A DNA stretch of 64,000 nucleotides from an uncultured Chloroflexia bacterium (GTDB lineage: Bacteria > Chloroflexota > Dehalococcoidia > DSTF01 > JALHUB01): positions 1-64,000 of the forward strand of contig CAVSBT010000030.1 of assembly GCA_963726245.1 (NCBI GenBank), given 5' to 3'. Of this stretch, positions 10,027 to 20,263 are shown in pieces. The notes under the pieces were generated by a model, which was not told the DNA's origin, searched no databases, and saw nothing but the letters and a program-made list of their open reading frames with translations. The position numbers and the translations under genes are program-made. How positions within the stretch are numbered: the stretch's first letter is position 1; every line of letters starts with the position of its first letter.

Positions 10027-11377
10027 ATGGGTAACAAACGGAGCCTGTGGCTCCTCATCGCTGCCATTGCTGCTCTGGCAGTAGTCGCGGCAGCCTGCGG
10101 AGGAGACAACAACAAGGAGGCGACGCCCACCGCTGCCAAGACGGCAGCAGCTACCCCGGCAAGACACGGTTGCGGGCACGCCATCGGCGACAGGGGCCCT
10201 CAAGATTGGCCTGCTGGACTCATACACCGGGGACCTGTCGGACTTTGGCCCGGCGCACGAGAATGCGGTGCGCTTGGCGGCGGAAGAGATCAACGCCGCC
10301 GGCGGCGTCCTGGGCAAGCCGATCACGATCGTGACCGGCGACGACGCCACTGATCCCTCACAGGGTGTCTCCGAGGCCACGCGTCTCATCCAGATAGAGG
10401 GCGTGAACGCCATCATAGGAGCGCTGGCGAGCGGCGTAAGCCTGCCGGTGGCGGAGTCGGTAACAGGGCCGAACCACATCCTGGAGATCACCCACGCTTC
10501 GACGTCGCCGGCCTTGACCACCGCCAAGGACAACGACTACCTGTTCCGGACAACTATCTCCGACGCGGCTCAGGGCGTGGTCCTGGCGAAGGTGGCCACC
10601 GACGCGGGCATCAAGAGCGCCTGCACGATGTACATCAACAACGCCTACGGCCAGGGCCTCTCGCAGATCTTCGCCGACAACTTCGAGAAGGCGGGGGGCA
10701 CGGTGACGGCCCAGGTGCCGCATGAGTCGGAGCAGGCCACGTACGCCTCGGAATTGGCGACGTGCACAGCGGGGAACCCGGAAGCGCTGGTCGCCCCGGC
10801 CTACCCGCAGAGCGCGCGCGTGTTCTTGAGAGAAGCGGTGGAGGCCGGCAAGGTGAAGACGTTCCTCTTCACCGACGGTACCAAGTCCGCCGACATGTTC
10901 GCTACTCTGGGATGGCCGACATTCAATGGCATGAAGGGCACAGCCGCAAGCTCTCTGGATGTTGCCGCCGGGAAGGCGTTCGACGCTGCGTACTCGGCCA
11001 AGTACGGCTCGACACCGGCGCTCCCCTACCTGCGCGAAGCCTACGACGCGGTCTACCTGATAGCGCTGGCGGCCGAGAAGGCCGGCTCGACCGATTCCAC
11101 GGCCATCCGGGACGCCCTGCGGGACGTCGCCAACCCGCCCGGCGAGACGGTCAACCCGGGCACCGACGGCTTCAAGACCGCACTGTCCTTGATCGCTAGC
11201 GGGCAGGACATCAACTATGAGGGAGCCGCCGGACCAGTTGACATGGACAAGAATGGCGACGTGCTGATCGGCGCGATCGAAGTCTGGCACGTCGACGCCG
11301 CGACCCAGAAGTTGGTGACGGACGCTGTCTACAAGGTGGACCTGGAGACGGGGGAGATTACGCAACAGACCCAATAG
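10027..11377 (+). CDS. Branched-chain amino acid-type ABC substrate-binding lipoprotein (frameshift near 10170)
   Basis: SD AGGAGG, lipobox AAAC, LKIGLL..TGDLS, EINAAGGVLGK, FRTTISDAAQG, YDAVY. Confidence 0.88.
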
Positions 11378-11411
11378 CCAGAGGTTCACCCAGCAAGAAG
11401 CGGCGATCTGT

Positions 11412-11447
11412 CAGGGGGTCTTTCTTCGGAGAGGCCCCCTGTCTTTT
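11412..11447 (+). terminator. Intrinsic terminator
   Basis: CAGGGGGTCTTTC-TTCG-GAGAGGCCCCCTG then TCTTTT. Confidence 0.8.
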
Positions 11448-11458
11448 GTCACCGATCC

Positions 11459-12676
11459 TCAGTCTGGCGGTGATTCGGCCTGTTCGGGCGGCGGCGGCAC
11501 GTCACGCAGCCGCTTGGCATGGCGCTCCACCCAGATCGAGACCCGCCGCTCCTCGGGCATAAGTCCTTGCGGCCTGAGGAGCAGCACGATCACGATGAGG
11601 GCGCCCAACAAGAAGTCGCGAATGAAGAAGATGCGGCTCTGGAGAACCTCCGGCAACGCCATGCCCAGAGGACCTGGATGCGCCTGAGTATAGCTCTGAA
11701 GCTGGAGAGTGACCGTCCAGAAGCCCCAGACAACGTACGCGCCCAGGATGGCCCCCTTGTTGTTGCCGCTGCCTCCCACCATGAGCATGGCCCAGAAGAT
11801 GAAGGTGCCGAAGAAGTGGGTGAAGGTATCGGGGGAGACCGCGCCGTTGGCGTAAGCATACATGGCGCCGCCGATGCCCATTATCATGGCGCCCACCACA
11901 AACCCCTGGGACTTGAATGCGAAGACGTTCTTGCCGCTGGCGGCGGTCGTCAGCTCGTCCTCGCGAAGGGCGCGCAACACACGTCCCCAAGGCGAGCGGA
12001 TACCCCGCTCGACAGCGAAGTAGACGAGCACAAGGGTGGCCGCGGCGATGGCCAGCATGACGTACTTGTAGTCGCTGGTGCTGACTAGGCCGCCGAGCGG
12101 GCGCGGAATACCGTTCAGGCCGCGCGTGCCGTTGACCAGCCCTTGCTCTTCGATAGTGACTCGCCGCAGGAGCTCAGCGATGCCGATTGTAGCGATGGCT
12201 AGGTAGTCCTCGCGTAGTCGCAGGGCGGGGATGGACAGAAGGAAGGCGAGGACACCGGCAAAGAACGCGGCGCCGGCGATCCCAAACAGGAAGGGCAGCC
12301 ACTGGGCGCTGTCCAGGAAGGGAAGAAAGGCCAGCTTGTTGCCGAAGCCGCCGATGTACTGAACGTACTGTGTGCTGGCGGGAGGTTCAGTGATGATGGC
12401 GGCGGTGTTGGCTCCAACCAGGAAGAACGCCATGACGCCAAAGTTGAAGACGCCGGTGTAACCCCACTGGACATTCAGGCCCAGGGTGAGAATGCCGTAG
12501 ATGGCCACAAAGGTAAGGAAGAAGGTTAGGAAGCTAATGACGCCGTTCACGTCCCAGCCCGAACGCTCGCCGGGAATGAGGACGACGGCGGCGGTGACGA
12601 CCAGCAAGGTGAGAGGCGTGAGCAGCTGTCCCCGTCCCAGACCGTCTCCGCCGAGCATCGCGCGCAGCCTCGTCAT
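11459..12676 (-). CDS. livM: Branched-chain amino acid ABC permease (LivM-like)
   Basis: LGLNVQWGYTG, LRLREDYLAIAT, SPWGRVLRALREDE, LRPQGL. Confidence 0.88.
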   Translation of the reverse strand: MTRLRAMLGGDGLGRGQLLTPLTLLVVTAAVVLIPGERSGWDVNGVISFLTFFLTFVAIYGILTLGLNVQWGYTGVFNFGVMAFFLVGANTAAIITEPPASTQYVQYIGGFGNKLAFLPFLDSAQWLPFLFGIAGAAFFAGVLAFLLSIPALRLREDYLAIATIGIAELLRRVTIEEQGLVNGTRGLNGIPRPLGGLVSTSDYKYVMLAIAAATLVLVYFAVERGIRSPWGRVLRALREDELTTAASGKNVFAFKSQGFVVGAMIMGIGGAMYAYANGAVSPDTFTHFFGTFIFWAMLMVGGSGNNKGAILGAYVVWGFWTVTLQLQSYTQAHPGPLGMALPEVLQSRIFFIRDFLLGALIVIVLLLRPQGLMPEERRVSIWVERHAKRLRDVPPPPEQAESPPD

Positions 12677-13764
12677 GTCTTCGTTCCGAAGAGACCCTGC
12701 GGCCGCAGCAGCAAGATCACAATAAGGATGACAAAGGCCACGGAGAACTTGTAGCCGGGGCTGAGGAAGCCAAGCGTTACGGCGACCTCCTCAGTGATGC
12801 CGACGATCATCGCTCCCAGGAAGGCGCCCTGTGGACTGCCGATGCCGCCGAGAATAGTCGAGGCGAACAGCGGTAGGAGAAGAATGAACCCCAGCTCGGG
12901 CTTGAGCTGCGCCTGCAGGGCCAGCATGACTCCTGCGATCCCGACCAAAGCGCCGCCGATGACCCACGTCCACACAATCACTCGGTCGGTGCTGATGCCG
13001 GAGACGAGGGCTAGATCGGGGTTGTCCGCCGTGGCGCGCATCGCTGTGCCCAGCCGGGTGCGAAAGAGGAGCAGATAGGCAAGGGCAGCCATTACTAGCG
13101 CCGCGAAGAAGATGAAGATCTGGTCGCTCACGATGCGGACGCCGAAGGGGAGGTCGGTCGTGGGGCGTATGCCGGGCACGTAGAAGCGGGGAAACGACGC
13201 CCAGAGGATGAGGATCAGGCTGCGCATGGCGATGGCGACGCCCAAGGAGGCGATGGAGAAGATGACGATGCTGCTGTTGCGGCGGCGGAGTGGCCGATAG
13301 ATGAGACGGTCCAGCGCGACGAACACGCCTACCATGAGGACCGCAGCGACAACCATGGCGATCAGCAGACCGTACCCGAACGAGAAATCGAGTATGGGCT
13401 CCGTTGCTCCAGGAAGGTCGCTCAGGCTCCAGGGCAGCACATGGGTGTCGGTCCGCTCTCCCACCATGACTCCGGTGAGGGCGAAGAAGGCGATGTAGGC
13501 GGCCAGCATCATCGAGTCGCCGTGGGCAAAGTGGGCGAACTTGAGGACGCCGTAGACAAGCGTCAGGCCTATGGCGCCCAGGGCAAGGACGCTGCCCGTG
13601 ACGACGCCAATAACAAAGGCATCGGTCCTGCTGACCAGGGCCCAAAGGCCCAGCCCCAAGAAAAGCGCTATGAGGCCGGGACCGGTGAGGAACCGCCCAA
13701 CGGGCTGTTGATAATCGCGGAGGCGCTCGCGGAAGCGGCCGTAGTTGGCTACAATCGCGGCCAT
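12673..13764 (-). CDS. livH: Branched-chain amino acid ABC permease (LivH-like)
   Basis: AIGLTLVYG..HFAHG, TRLGTAMRATA, ILGGIGS, LRPQGLFG. Confidence 0.88.
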   Translation of the reverse strand: MAAIVANYGRFRERLRDYQQPVGRFLTGPGLIALFLGLGLWALVSRTDAFVIGVVTGSVLALGAIGLTLVYGVLKFAHFAHGDSMMLAAYIAFFALTGVMVGERTDTHVLPWSLSDLPGATEPILDFSFGYGLLIAMVVAAVLMVGVFVALDRLIYRPLRRRNSSIVIFSIASLGVAIAMRSLILILWASFPRFYVPGIRPTTDLPFGVRIVSDQIFIFFAALVMAALAYLLLFRTRLGTAMRATADNPDLALVSGISTDRVIVWTWVIGGALVGIAGVMLALQAQLKPELGFILLLPLFASTILGGIGSPQGAFLGAMIVGITEEVAVTLGFLSPGYKFSVAFVILIVILLLRPQGLFGTKT

Positions 13765-13767
13765 GCG

Positions 13768-14475
13768 TCAGGCGCCCAGATAGAGTCTGCCCACTTCTTC
13801 GCTCGCCAGCAGTTCCGGGCCCGCGCCCTCGAGGCGGTTGTGGCCGCCGGCGAGGACGTATGCCCGGTCGCAGATGCTCAGGGCCTCTTTGGCGTTCTGC
13901 TCTACGATAAGAATCGCGACCCCCGTCCGATTTATGTTGGAGATGGTGGCAAAGATGTCGCCCACCATCTTGGGAGACAGGCTGGCGGTCGGCTCATCGA
14001 GCAGGAGAACCTTGGGGTCCAGCATAAGCGCGCGGGCCAGCGCCAGCATCTGTCTTTGCCCGCCCGAAAGCTTCCCCGCCCTCAACTGCGGCCTTAGCGC
14101 CAGGTCTGGGAAGAGCCCATACATTTCCTCCAGCCGCTGACGATAGCCGTCCTTCCGGGTGAATGCCCCCATCTCCAGGTTCTCCTGGATTGAAAGGGAT
14201 GGGAAGACGTTCTCAGATTGAGGCACGTAGCAGACCCCTTTGCGGACGATCCGCTCAGGGGGCACGCCGGTCACGTCCTCACCCTCCAGGCGCACCGTGC
14301 CCGATTTCACCTTCAGCAGACCGAAGATGGCCTTCATGAAGGTCGACTTGCCCGCTCCATTAGGGCCGATGATGGCGACGATCTCTCCTCTGTCGAGCCG
14401 CAGGGAGACCCCGTGGAGGATCTCCACCTCCCCGTAGCCGGACACCACCTCCGTCGCCTCGAGCACCGTCGTCAC
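13768..14475 (-). CDS. livF: ABC ATP-binding protein (LivF-like)
   Basis: GPNGAGKST, LSGGQRQM, LLLDEP, VEQN. Confidence 0.9.
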   Translation of the reverse strand: MTTVLEATEVVSGYGEVEILHGVSLRLDRGEIVAIIGPNGAGKSTFMKAIFGLLKVKSGTVRLEGEDVTGVPPERIVRKGVCYVPQSENVFPSLSIQENLEMGAFTRKDGYRQRLEEMYGLFPDLALRPQLRAGKLSGGQRQMLALARALMLDPKVLLLDEPTASLSPKMVGDIFATISNINRTGVAILIVEQNAKEALSICDRAYVLAGGHNRLEGAGPELLASEEVGRLYLGA

Positions 14476-15242
14476 CGGTACTGACCCCCCAAGTACGCCT
14501 CCAGGACCCGCTCGTCGCTCTTTACCTCGTCGGGCCGCCCTTCGGCGAGCTTCTCTCCGTTGCTCATGACGATGATGGGGTTGCAGAGCCGGGTCACCAG
14601 GTCCATGTCGTGCTCGATGAGGAAGAATGTGATCCCCTTCCCATAGCAGAGCTGTTCAACGTTGTGCACCAGCTTCCTCATCAGCGTGGGGTTGACTCCC
14701 GCCCCCGGTTCGTCCAGCAGGATCATCTCGGGGTCGGCCATCAGGGTGCGGGCCAGCTCCAGCAGCTTCTTCTGCCCGGAAGAGAGGTTAGCAGCGTACT
14801 CGTCGCGGAGGTGCGACAGGTCAACGAACTCCAGGATGTCGAGGGCCTTGTCCCGGATCTCCCGCTCCTGACGGGCCACGCGGAAAGGGAAGAACCAAGG
14901 GTTCCATACCTTCTCGCCTGCCTGGCCGGTGGGCACCAGCATCAGGTTCTCCAGGACCGTCATCTGCTTCAGCTCCCGCGGCACCTGGAACGTGCGCACG
15001 ATGCCGCGGCGGAAGATCTGGTGAGGCGGTAGACCGTCGATGCGTTCTCCCCTAAAGGCGATGCGGCCGGAGGTGGGTCTCAAGAAGCCGGTTACGAGAT
15101 TGAAGAGGGTGGTCTTGCCGGCGCCGTTCGGCCCTATGAGGCCGGTGATCGTGCCCGGCTGCACCTGAAGAGAGCAGTCGTTTACCGCCCGCACTCCGTC
15201 GAAACTCTTGACCACCCGCTCTACTTCCAGCAGGGGACTCAT
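14472..15242 (-). CDS. livG: ABC ATP-binding protein (LivG-like; alternative start 15260)
   Basis: GPNGAGKTT, RTFQ, LLDEPGAG, IEHDM, EAYLG. Confidence 0.9.
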   Translation of the reverse strand: MSPLLEVERVVKSFDGVRAVNDCSLQVQPGTITGLIGPNGAGKTTLFNLVTGFLRPTSGRIAFRGERIDGLPPHQIFRRGIVRTFQVPRELKQMTVLENLMLVPTGQAGEKVWNPWFFPFRVARQEREIRDKALDILEFVDLSHLRDEYAANLSSGQKKLLELARTLMADPEMILLDEPGAGVNPTLMRKLVHNVEQLCYGKGITFFLIEHDMDLVTRLCNPIIVMSNGEKLAEGRPDEVKSDERVLEAYLGGQYR

Positions 15243-15398
15243 GACAATACCTGATTTCATCCACGGCGGGTAGGCGCGCTGGGGATGGACTCGCTACAAA
15301 CTATACAACGCAGGTGTCGTTACGAGCTAACACCGCATCCGCGTTGCCCCACCATTCCGGCGTCTGCTAGCATTAGACACTCTCCCGGGCAGCAAGGC

Positions 15399-16076
15399 AT
15401 GACGAGGATCTTCCTCTTCGACGTCGACAATACTCTGTTGAACTCCGGCGGGGCCGGCGGCCGGGCCATGAACCTGGCGTTCCGTGACCTCTTCGGCATC
15501 GGAGACGGCTTCGAGGGAGTGGAGTTTAGCGGCCGCACCGACAGCTCCATCCTCCGCGACGGCCTCCGCCGCCACCGCCTGCCGGACGGCGACTTCCCGG
15601 CGCTGCTGGCGCGGTTCAAGGCCTCTTACGTCCGGCACCTGGCCCGCACCCTGCCCGAGATGCATGGCAGCCTCCTGCCGGGCGTCCCCGCCCTGCTGCG
15701 CTCCCTCAGCAACACGGAAGGGGTGCGCCTGGGCCTCGCGACCGGCAACTTCCGGCGCGGCGCTATGATGAAGCTGGAGTACTACGGCATCCGCCCCTTC
15801 TTCCGCAGCGGCGCCTTTGGCGACGATTGCGAGCGTAGGGACGAGCTGGTGGCCCTGGCCATCCGGCGCCTGGGCAGCCGCCCTGGAGGCCGCAACCCCG
15901 TCTACGTCATTGGCGACACGCCCATCGACGTGGACGCCGCTAAGGCCAACGGAGCGGTGGCGGTGGCGGTGGCCACAGGGAAGAGCAGCGCCGAAGAGCT
16001 GGCGCGCGCCGGCGCTGACGCCGTCCTCCCAGATTTCAGGGACGTGGCCTCGGTGCTGGGGGTGCTGCTCTCCTAG
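15399..16076 (+). CDS. HAD-superfamily hydrolase
   Basis: FDVDNTL, ATGN, IGDTPIDV. Confidence 0.88.
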   Translation: MTRIFLFDVDNTLLNSGGAGGRAMNLAFRDLFGIGDGFEGVEFSGRTDSSILRDGLRRHRLPDGDFPALLARFKASYVRHLARTLPEMHGSLLPGVPALLRSLSNTEGVRLGLATGNFRRGAMMKLEYYGIRPFFRSGAFGDDCERRDELVALAIRRLGSRPGGRNPVYVIGDTPIDVDAAKANGAVAVAVATGKSSAEELARAGADAVLPDFRDVASVLGVLLS

Positions 16077-16919
16077 GAGACGGCGCCTCTGCCTGTGCGG
16101 CCGCCCCCGTACTCCCACACGGCCCGCTGGACGTCCTCATGCGTCATGACGCCGTCGCGCACGAGCCCGGCAAGCAGCCGTCCCCGCCTCTCCATCTCAC
16201 GCCGGAGCTCACCCTCTCCCAAGCCCAATCTTCGCGACAGGGCAGCGGCCGCCCCTTCGTCGCTCCAGCAGCCGGAAGGTATCGTGCCCGGCATCCCACG
16301 AGGAAACCGGCGTAACCGACAGGCCGTCTTCCGGAGTGCCGTCGCTCGGCCCCAGGAGGGCCACCTCGTTCAGCCGGCGCGCGATGCGGCCGCCGGCGTG
16401 GACCAGGCGCACGGTCGCGATGAAGGTGAGGTGGGATAGGTGGCGCCGTGGCACGCCCACCTCCTCCTCCAGTTGCGCGATCGCCTCCTCAACGGTGTCG
16501 GCGTGCATGGTACTGCCGAGGGAGTACCCCTCGGCTAGCAGCTCGAAGACTCGCACCACATAGGGGCCCCAGGAGTAGACGGGCAGGTGGTCACTGATCT
16601 CGTTCACCAGGACGTAGGTGGCGGCGCCGTCGTTCAGGGGAGGAAGGTCAAACGTCTCGCCCCAGCCGCGGGTGAAGTAGGCCCTGGTGTCCGGCGGCAG
16701 AAACGTGAAGAGCGCCGTGAGGATGGTGGTCTTGCCGGAGCTGGGCGGTTCGGCGGCCAGGATCAGGGAGGCGCCCCGCTCCAACGACAGCCAGAAGAGG
16801 GCAGCCAGTTCGGAGGGCATGGTTCCCAGCTCCAGGATCTGGGTGATGGAGAGAGGTTCAGGCTGGCTGGACCAGCCGTGCCACCCCCACCAGTCGTAGG
16901 GTTCGTTCAAGGCGCGCAT
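16073..16919 (-). CDS. Short VirB11/CpaF-like P-loop ATPase (frameshift near 16280)
   Basis: Walker A PSSGKTT, Walker-B-like VLVNEI, STMHAD motif; C-terminus continues in ORF 16073-16294. Confidence 0.65.
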
Positions 16920-17029
16920 CGCTTTGATCTGATCGTATCATCGGTCCGGTAGCCTGGCCACCCGGTGTTTGACCCGCAAGGCTCCGCAAACCTATCATGT
17001 TAGGGAGGGAGTGACCCCGGAGCTGTCGC

Positions 17030-17563
17030 ATGCGTTTCCACGTCGCCCAACTGCTCAAGGAGAGCATCGGCGCCACACGCAGCTACCCAGTGCAAGAAGC
17101 CGACGTGGTGGTGACCGATGACGGCGCCCGGAGCCGCGTCGAAGGCAACCTCAAGCTTCTTCGCACGAGATTGGGTGTCCTGGTGGATGCGACCTTGCGT
17201 CTCCGCTACCCCGACGTCTGCAGTCGCTGCGTGATCCCGATAGAGGTGCCCGTGGAGCTGCATATCGAGGAGGAGTACCAGCCTACAGTGGACGTTCTAA
17301 CGGGCGCGGCCAGCCCGCGCCCCGAAGACCCCAACACGTTCCTGATCGACGCGCAGCACGTCCTGGACCTGACCGAGGCCGTCCGCCAGTACCGAGTTCT
17401 GGCTGCGCCCATGCAACCCCTCTGCCGGCCCGACTGCGCCGGCCTCTGCCCGGTCTGCGGCCAGAACCTGAACGAGGCGACTTGCGCCTGCCCCCGCAAT
17501 GAGTATGATCCTCGATGGAGGACCCTGGCCACGCTGGCTCGGGGCGAACCAGACGAGAAGTAG
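17030..17563 (+). CDS. yceD: DUF177/YceD family protein
   Basis: CSRC, LDLTEAVRQ, PMQPLCRPDCAGLCPVCG, DPRW; upstream of rpmF. Confidence 0.92.
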   Translation: MRFHVAQLLKESIGATRSYPVQEADVVVTDDGARSRVEGNLKLLRTRLGVLVDATLRLRYPDVCSRCVIPIEVPVELHIEEEYQPTVDVLTGAASPRPEDPNTFLIDAQHVLDLTEAVRQYRVLAAPMQPLCRPDCAGLCPVCGQNLNEATCACPRNEYDPRWRTLATLARGEPDEK

Positions 17564-17598
17564 CCGGGCCTGCCTCGCCGGCAGCCAGGGAGGAACCT

Positions 17599-17796
17599 TT
17601 GCCCCCACTACCGAAGCGTAAGTACCCCAAGTCGCGCCAGGGCAAGCGGCGCAGCCATCTACATCTAAAGCTGGCCAATTTCACCGAGTGCCCGCAGTGC
17701 CACAGCCCCCGCCGTCCCCATCACGTCTGTCCCGTCTGCGGGATGTACCGCGACCGGCAGGCCATCACCGTGAAGGCGCCAGAGCTCAAGAAGTGA
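17599..17796 (+). CDS. rpmF: 50S ribosomal protein L32 (Zn-ribbon form)
   Basis: TTG start after GGAGG; PKRKYPKSRQGKRRSH..CPQC..PHHVCPVCG. Confidence 0.93.
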   Translation: MPPLPKRKYPKSRQGKRRSHLHLKLANFTECPQCHSPRRPHHVCPVCGMYRDRQAITVKAPELKK

Positions 17797-17836
17797 CCGT
17801 CGGCGAACCTTCGCGGCCTTCGCACAGCCGGCCCAC

Positions 17837-18784
17837 ATGATGAGCCCCGCCAGCGCCGCAGCGTGGGTCTTCCCCGGTCAGGGTTCACAGAAGGTTGGCG
17901 CCGGCGCCGACCTCTACGAGGCATCACCGGCAGCCCGCCGCGTCTTCCAGCGCGCCAACGCCGCCCTGGGCTTCCCCCTGTCGCAACTCTGCTTTCAGGG
18001 GCCAGAAGACACCCTGCGCCAGACCATCAACGCGCAGCCCGCCATCATGGCCGTCAGTCTCGCCTGCCTGGAGGCCGCCCGCGAGGCCGGCCTTCTGCCC
18101 GACGAGCCTGCCTTCGTGGCCGGGCACAGCTTGGGGGAGTACACCGCTCTTGTGGCGGCGGGCGTGCTGGAGATCGACGACGGCCTGCGCCTGGTGCGAG
18201 AACGGGGCCGCCTCATGCAGACAGCCGGCGAGGAGCGGCCGGGCACCATGGCCGCCATCCTCGGCCTGGATGAGGAGAGGGCGGTGGCCATCTGCCACGA
18301 GACAGGCGCCCAGGTCTGCAACCTGAACGCTCCCGGGCAGATCGTCATCGGAGGCACACTGCCGGCGGTGGAAGCCGCCCTGGAGCTGGCCCGGCAGCGC
18401 GGCGCCCGCCGAGCCATCCCCCTGAAGGTCAGCGGGGCCTTCCACACCGACCTTATGGCCTCTGCCATCGAGGGCATGAGTCGCGCCCTGGCAGGCGTCG
18501 CCCTACGAGACCCGCAGATCCCCGTCCTCGCCAACGGCAGCGCCCGGCCCCTCACATCGGCCGGCGACGTCCGGGAGGAGTTGCTCTATCAACTGGGCCA
18601 CCCCGTGCAGTGGCAGCGCTCCGTCGAGTACATGGCCGCTGCCGGCGTCACCACCTTCGTGGAGCTGGGGCCGGGCCGAGTGCTCACCGGCCTCATCGGG
18701 CGCATTGCGCCGGGGGCCCACCTCCTCAACATCGACGGCGTCGCCGCCATTGAGACCGCGGGCGCCGGCGCGAAAGTATCTTGA
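17837..18784 (+). CDS. fabD: Malonyl-CoA:ACP transacylase
   Basis: FPGQGSQ, GHSLGEY, VSGAFHT, ELGPG. Confidence 0.95.
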   Translation: MMSPASAAAWVFPGQGSQKVGAGADLYEASPAARRVFQRANAALGFPLSQLCFQGPEDTLRQTINAQPAIMAVSLACLEAAREAGLLPDEPAFVAGHSLGEYTALVAAGVLEIDDGLRLVRERGRLMQTAGEERPGTMAAILGLDEERAVAICHETGAQVCNLNAPGQIVIGGTLPAVEAALELARQRGARRAIPLKVSGAFHTDLMASAIEGMSRALAGVALRDPQIPVLANGSARPLTSAGDVREELLYQLGHPVQWQRSVEYMAAAGVTTFVELGPGRVLTGLIGRIAPGAHLLNIDGVAAIETAGAGAKVS

Positions 18785-18919
18785 CCGCGGTTGTCGCGAC
18801 GCCCATCATTGGGGGAGGAAGGGACACCTCAATGGCCCTTGCGCTGCGCGGCAGGAGCTATAGGGGCAGGAGCCTCACGGGGCATCGGCGTTTGTTGCCG
18901 CGGTGCGGGAGAAGCGCCC

Positions 18920-19330
18920 ATGCCTAGCGGACGCCGCCGGGCGCGCATCCTGGCCCTACAGACCCTGTACGAGGTCGACACCGTGGGCCATCCGCCCGAG
19001 GAGACGCTGGGCCGCCTGGCGGGGCAGACCAGCGCAGGCGAAGAGGCGGCGGCCTTCGCGCGGGAGCTGGTCAAGGGCGTGCTGGAGAACCGGGAGCGCA
19101 TCGATGAGGTCATCGCGAGGGCAGCGCCCGCCTATCCGGTGAACCAGTTGGCGGCCATCGACCGCAACATCCTCAGGCTTGCAATACACGAGATTTTGAT
19201 GAATAATGAGACCCCAGTTAGAGCCGCCATAAACGAGGCTGTCGAGCTGGCCAAGAAGTTCGGGAGCGGCAACTCGGCGCGCTTCGTCAATGGGGTCTTG
19301 GGTTCGGTAAGCGTTATGGCGGCGGGCTAG
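18920..19330 (+). CDS. nusB: Transcription antitermination factor NusB
   Basis: RRRARILALQTLYE, DRNILRL, INEAVELAKKFG..FVNGVL. Confidence 0.95.
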   Translation: MPSGRRRARILALQTLYEVDTVGHPPEETLGRLAGQTSAGEEAAAFARELVKGVLENRERIDEVIARAAPAYPVNQLAAIDRNILRLAIHEILMNNETPVRAAINEAVELAKKFGSGNSARFVNGVLGSVSVMAAG

Positions 19331-19372
19331 CATGTGGTTCGTTCGTCCGAGTCGGAACAGGGAGGTGACTTA

Positions 19373-19633
19373 GTGGCCACGGTCTTTGAGCGGGTACGTA
19401 AAATCATCGTCGATCAATTGGGTGTCGACGACGAGCAGGTCGTACCAAGCGCCTCCTTTGTCGAAGACCTCAACGCTGACTCCCTGGACCTGGTGGAGCT
19501 CATCATGTCCATGGAGGAGGAGTTCGGCAAGGACGGGAAGGCCCTCGAGATTTCCGACGAGGATGCGGAGAAGATAGTCACGGTCCAAGACGCCATTGAT
19601 TACCTGAAGGACCTGGGGATAGAGGACGAGTAA
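19373..19633 (+). CDS. acpP: Acyl carrier protein
   Basis: SD GGAGGT; [14 protein letters not shown]. Confidence 0.95.
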   Translation: MATVFERVRKIIVDQLGVDDEQVVPSASFVEDLNADSLDLVELIMSMEEEFGKDGKALEISDEDAEKIVTVQDAIDYLKDLGIEDE

Positions 19634-19747
19634 GGGACTCCGAACTCCTCGCTGCGGGCGCCGGGCAGTCAGGTCCACAGGACCGTGCGCGGCGCTTCTT
19701 GCTTCCCGGGAACCCCGCCGGAGTGGATTCCCAGAGTGAACTGAGAC

Positions 19748-20248
19748 ATGGAATTCCTCGGGGTCGGACTGCCCGAGCTGCTGGTCATCCTCCTCATCAC
19801 CCTCATCTTTGTGGGACCGCAGCGCCTGCCCGAGATGGCGGCCCAGATGGCCCGCGCCCTGCGCGAGTTCCGCCGCTACACCTCCAGCCTCAACCGCGAG
19901 GTGACAGAAGTGCTCGAAGACCTGGAGAAGGAGTACCACTCCGTTCGTCAGGAGTGGAAGGAGGTGGGCGAAGCGGTCCACAAGGACGTGAAGGCCATTG
20001 AGTCGCAGGTGTCAGGCGCCGCTGCCGACGTCCGCACCGCGCTGGGTGCGAAGGGCCGACCAGCCGGCGGGCAAACAACGCCCCAACAGCCATCGACCAC
20101 GGCAGCCTCCACGGAAGATGCCGCCGGCGGCCGCACACAGACAGACGCCCGTCCGGACTCCAGTCGTGACCCATCAGGCTCGCCCGAGCCACCGGGCAGC
20201 GATGCCGGCGACGGCGACCAGCGCCCCGCGGGCCAGGGCGGCTCCTAG
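19748..20248 (+). CDS. tatB: Twin-arginine translocase TatA/TatB family subunit
   Basis: FLGVGLPEL..VGPQRLPE, amphipathic helix, long tail; precedes tatC. Confidence 0.85.
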   Translation: MEFLGVGLPELLVILLITLIFVGPQRLPEMAAQMARALREFRRYTSSLNREVTEVLEDLEKEYHSVRQEWKEVGEAVHKDVKAIESQVSGAAADVRTALGAKGRPAGGQTTPQQPSTTAASTEDAAGGRTQTDARPDSSRDPSGSPEPPGSDAGDGDQRPAGQGGS

Positions 20249-20263
20249 GTCGACCCCGGAGCC

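Noticed and set aside
10027-15260. Binding-protein gene convergent with its livGFHM operon
   Set aside because: Slightly unusual layout but ordinary components; the substrate cannot be inferred.
19665-19690. SRP RNA, suggested by TCAGGTCC
   Set aside because: The following GNRA loop and GGAAGCAG strand of helix 8 are absent.
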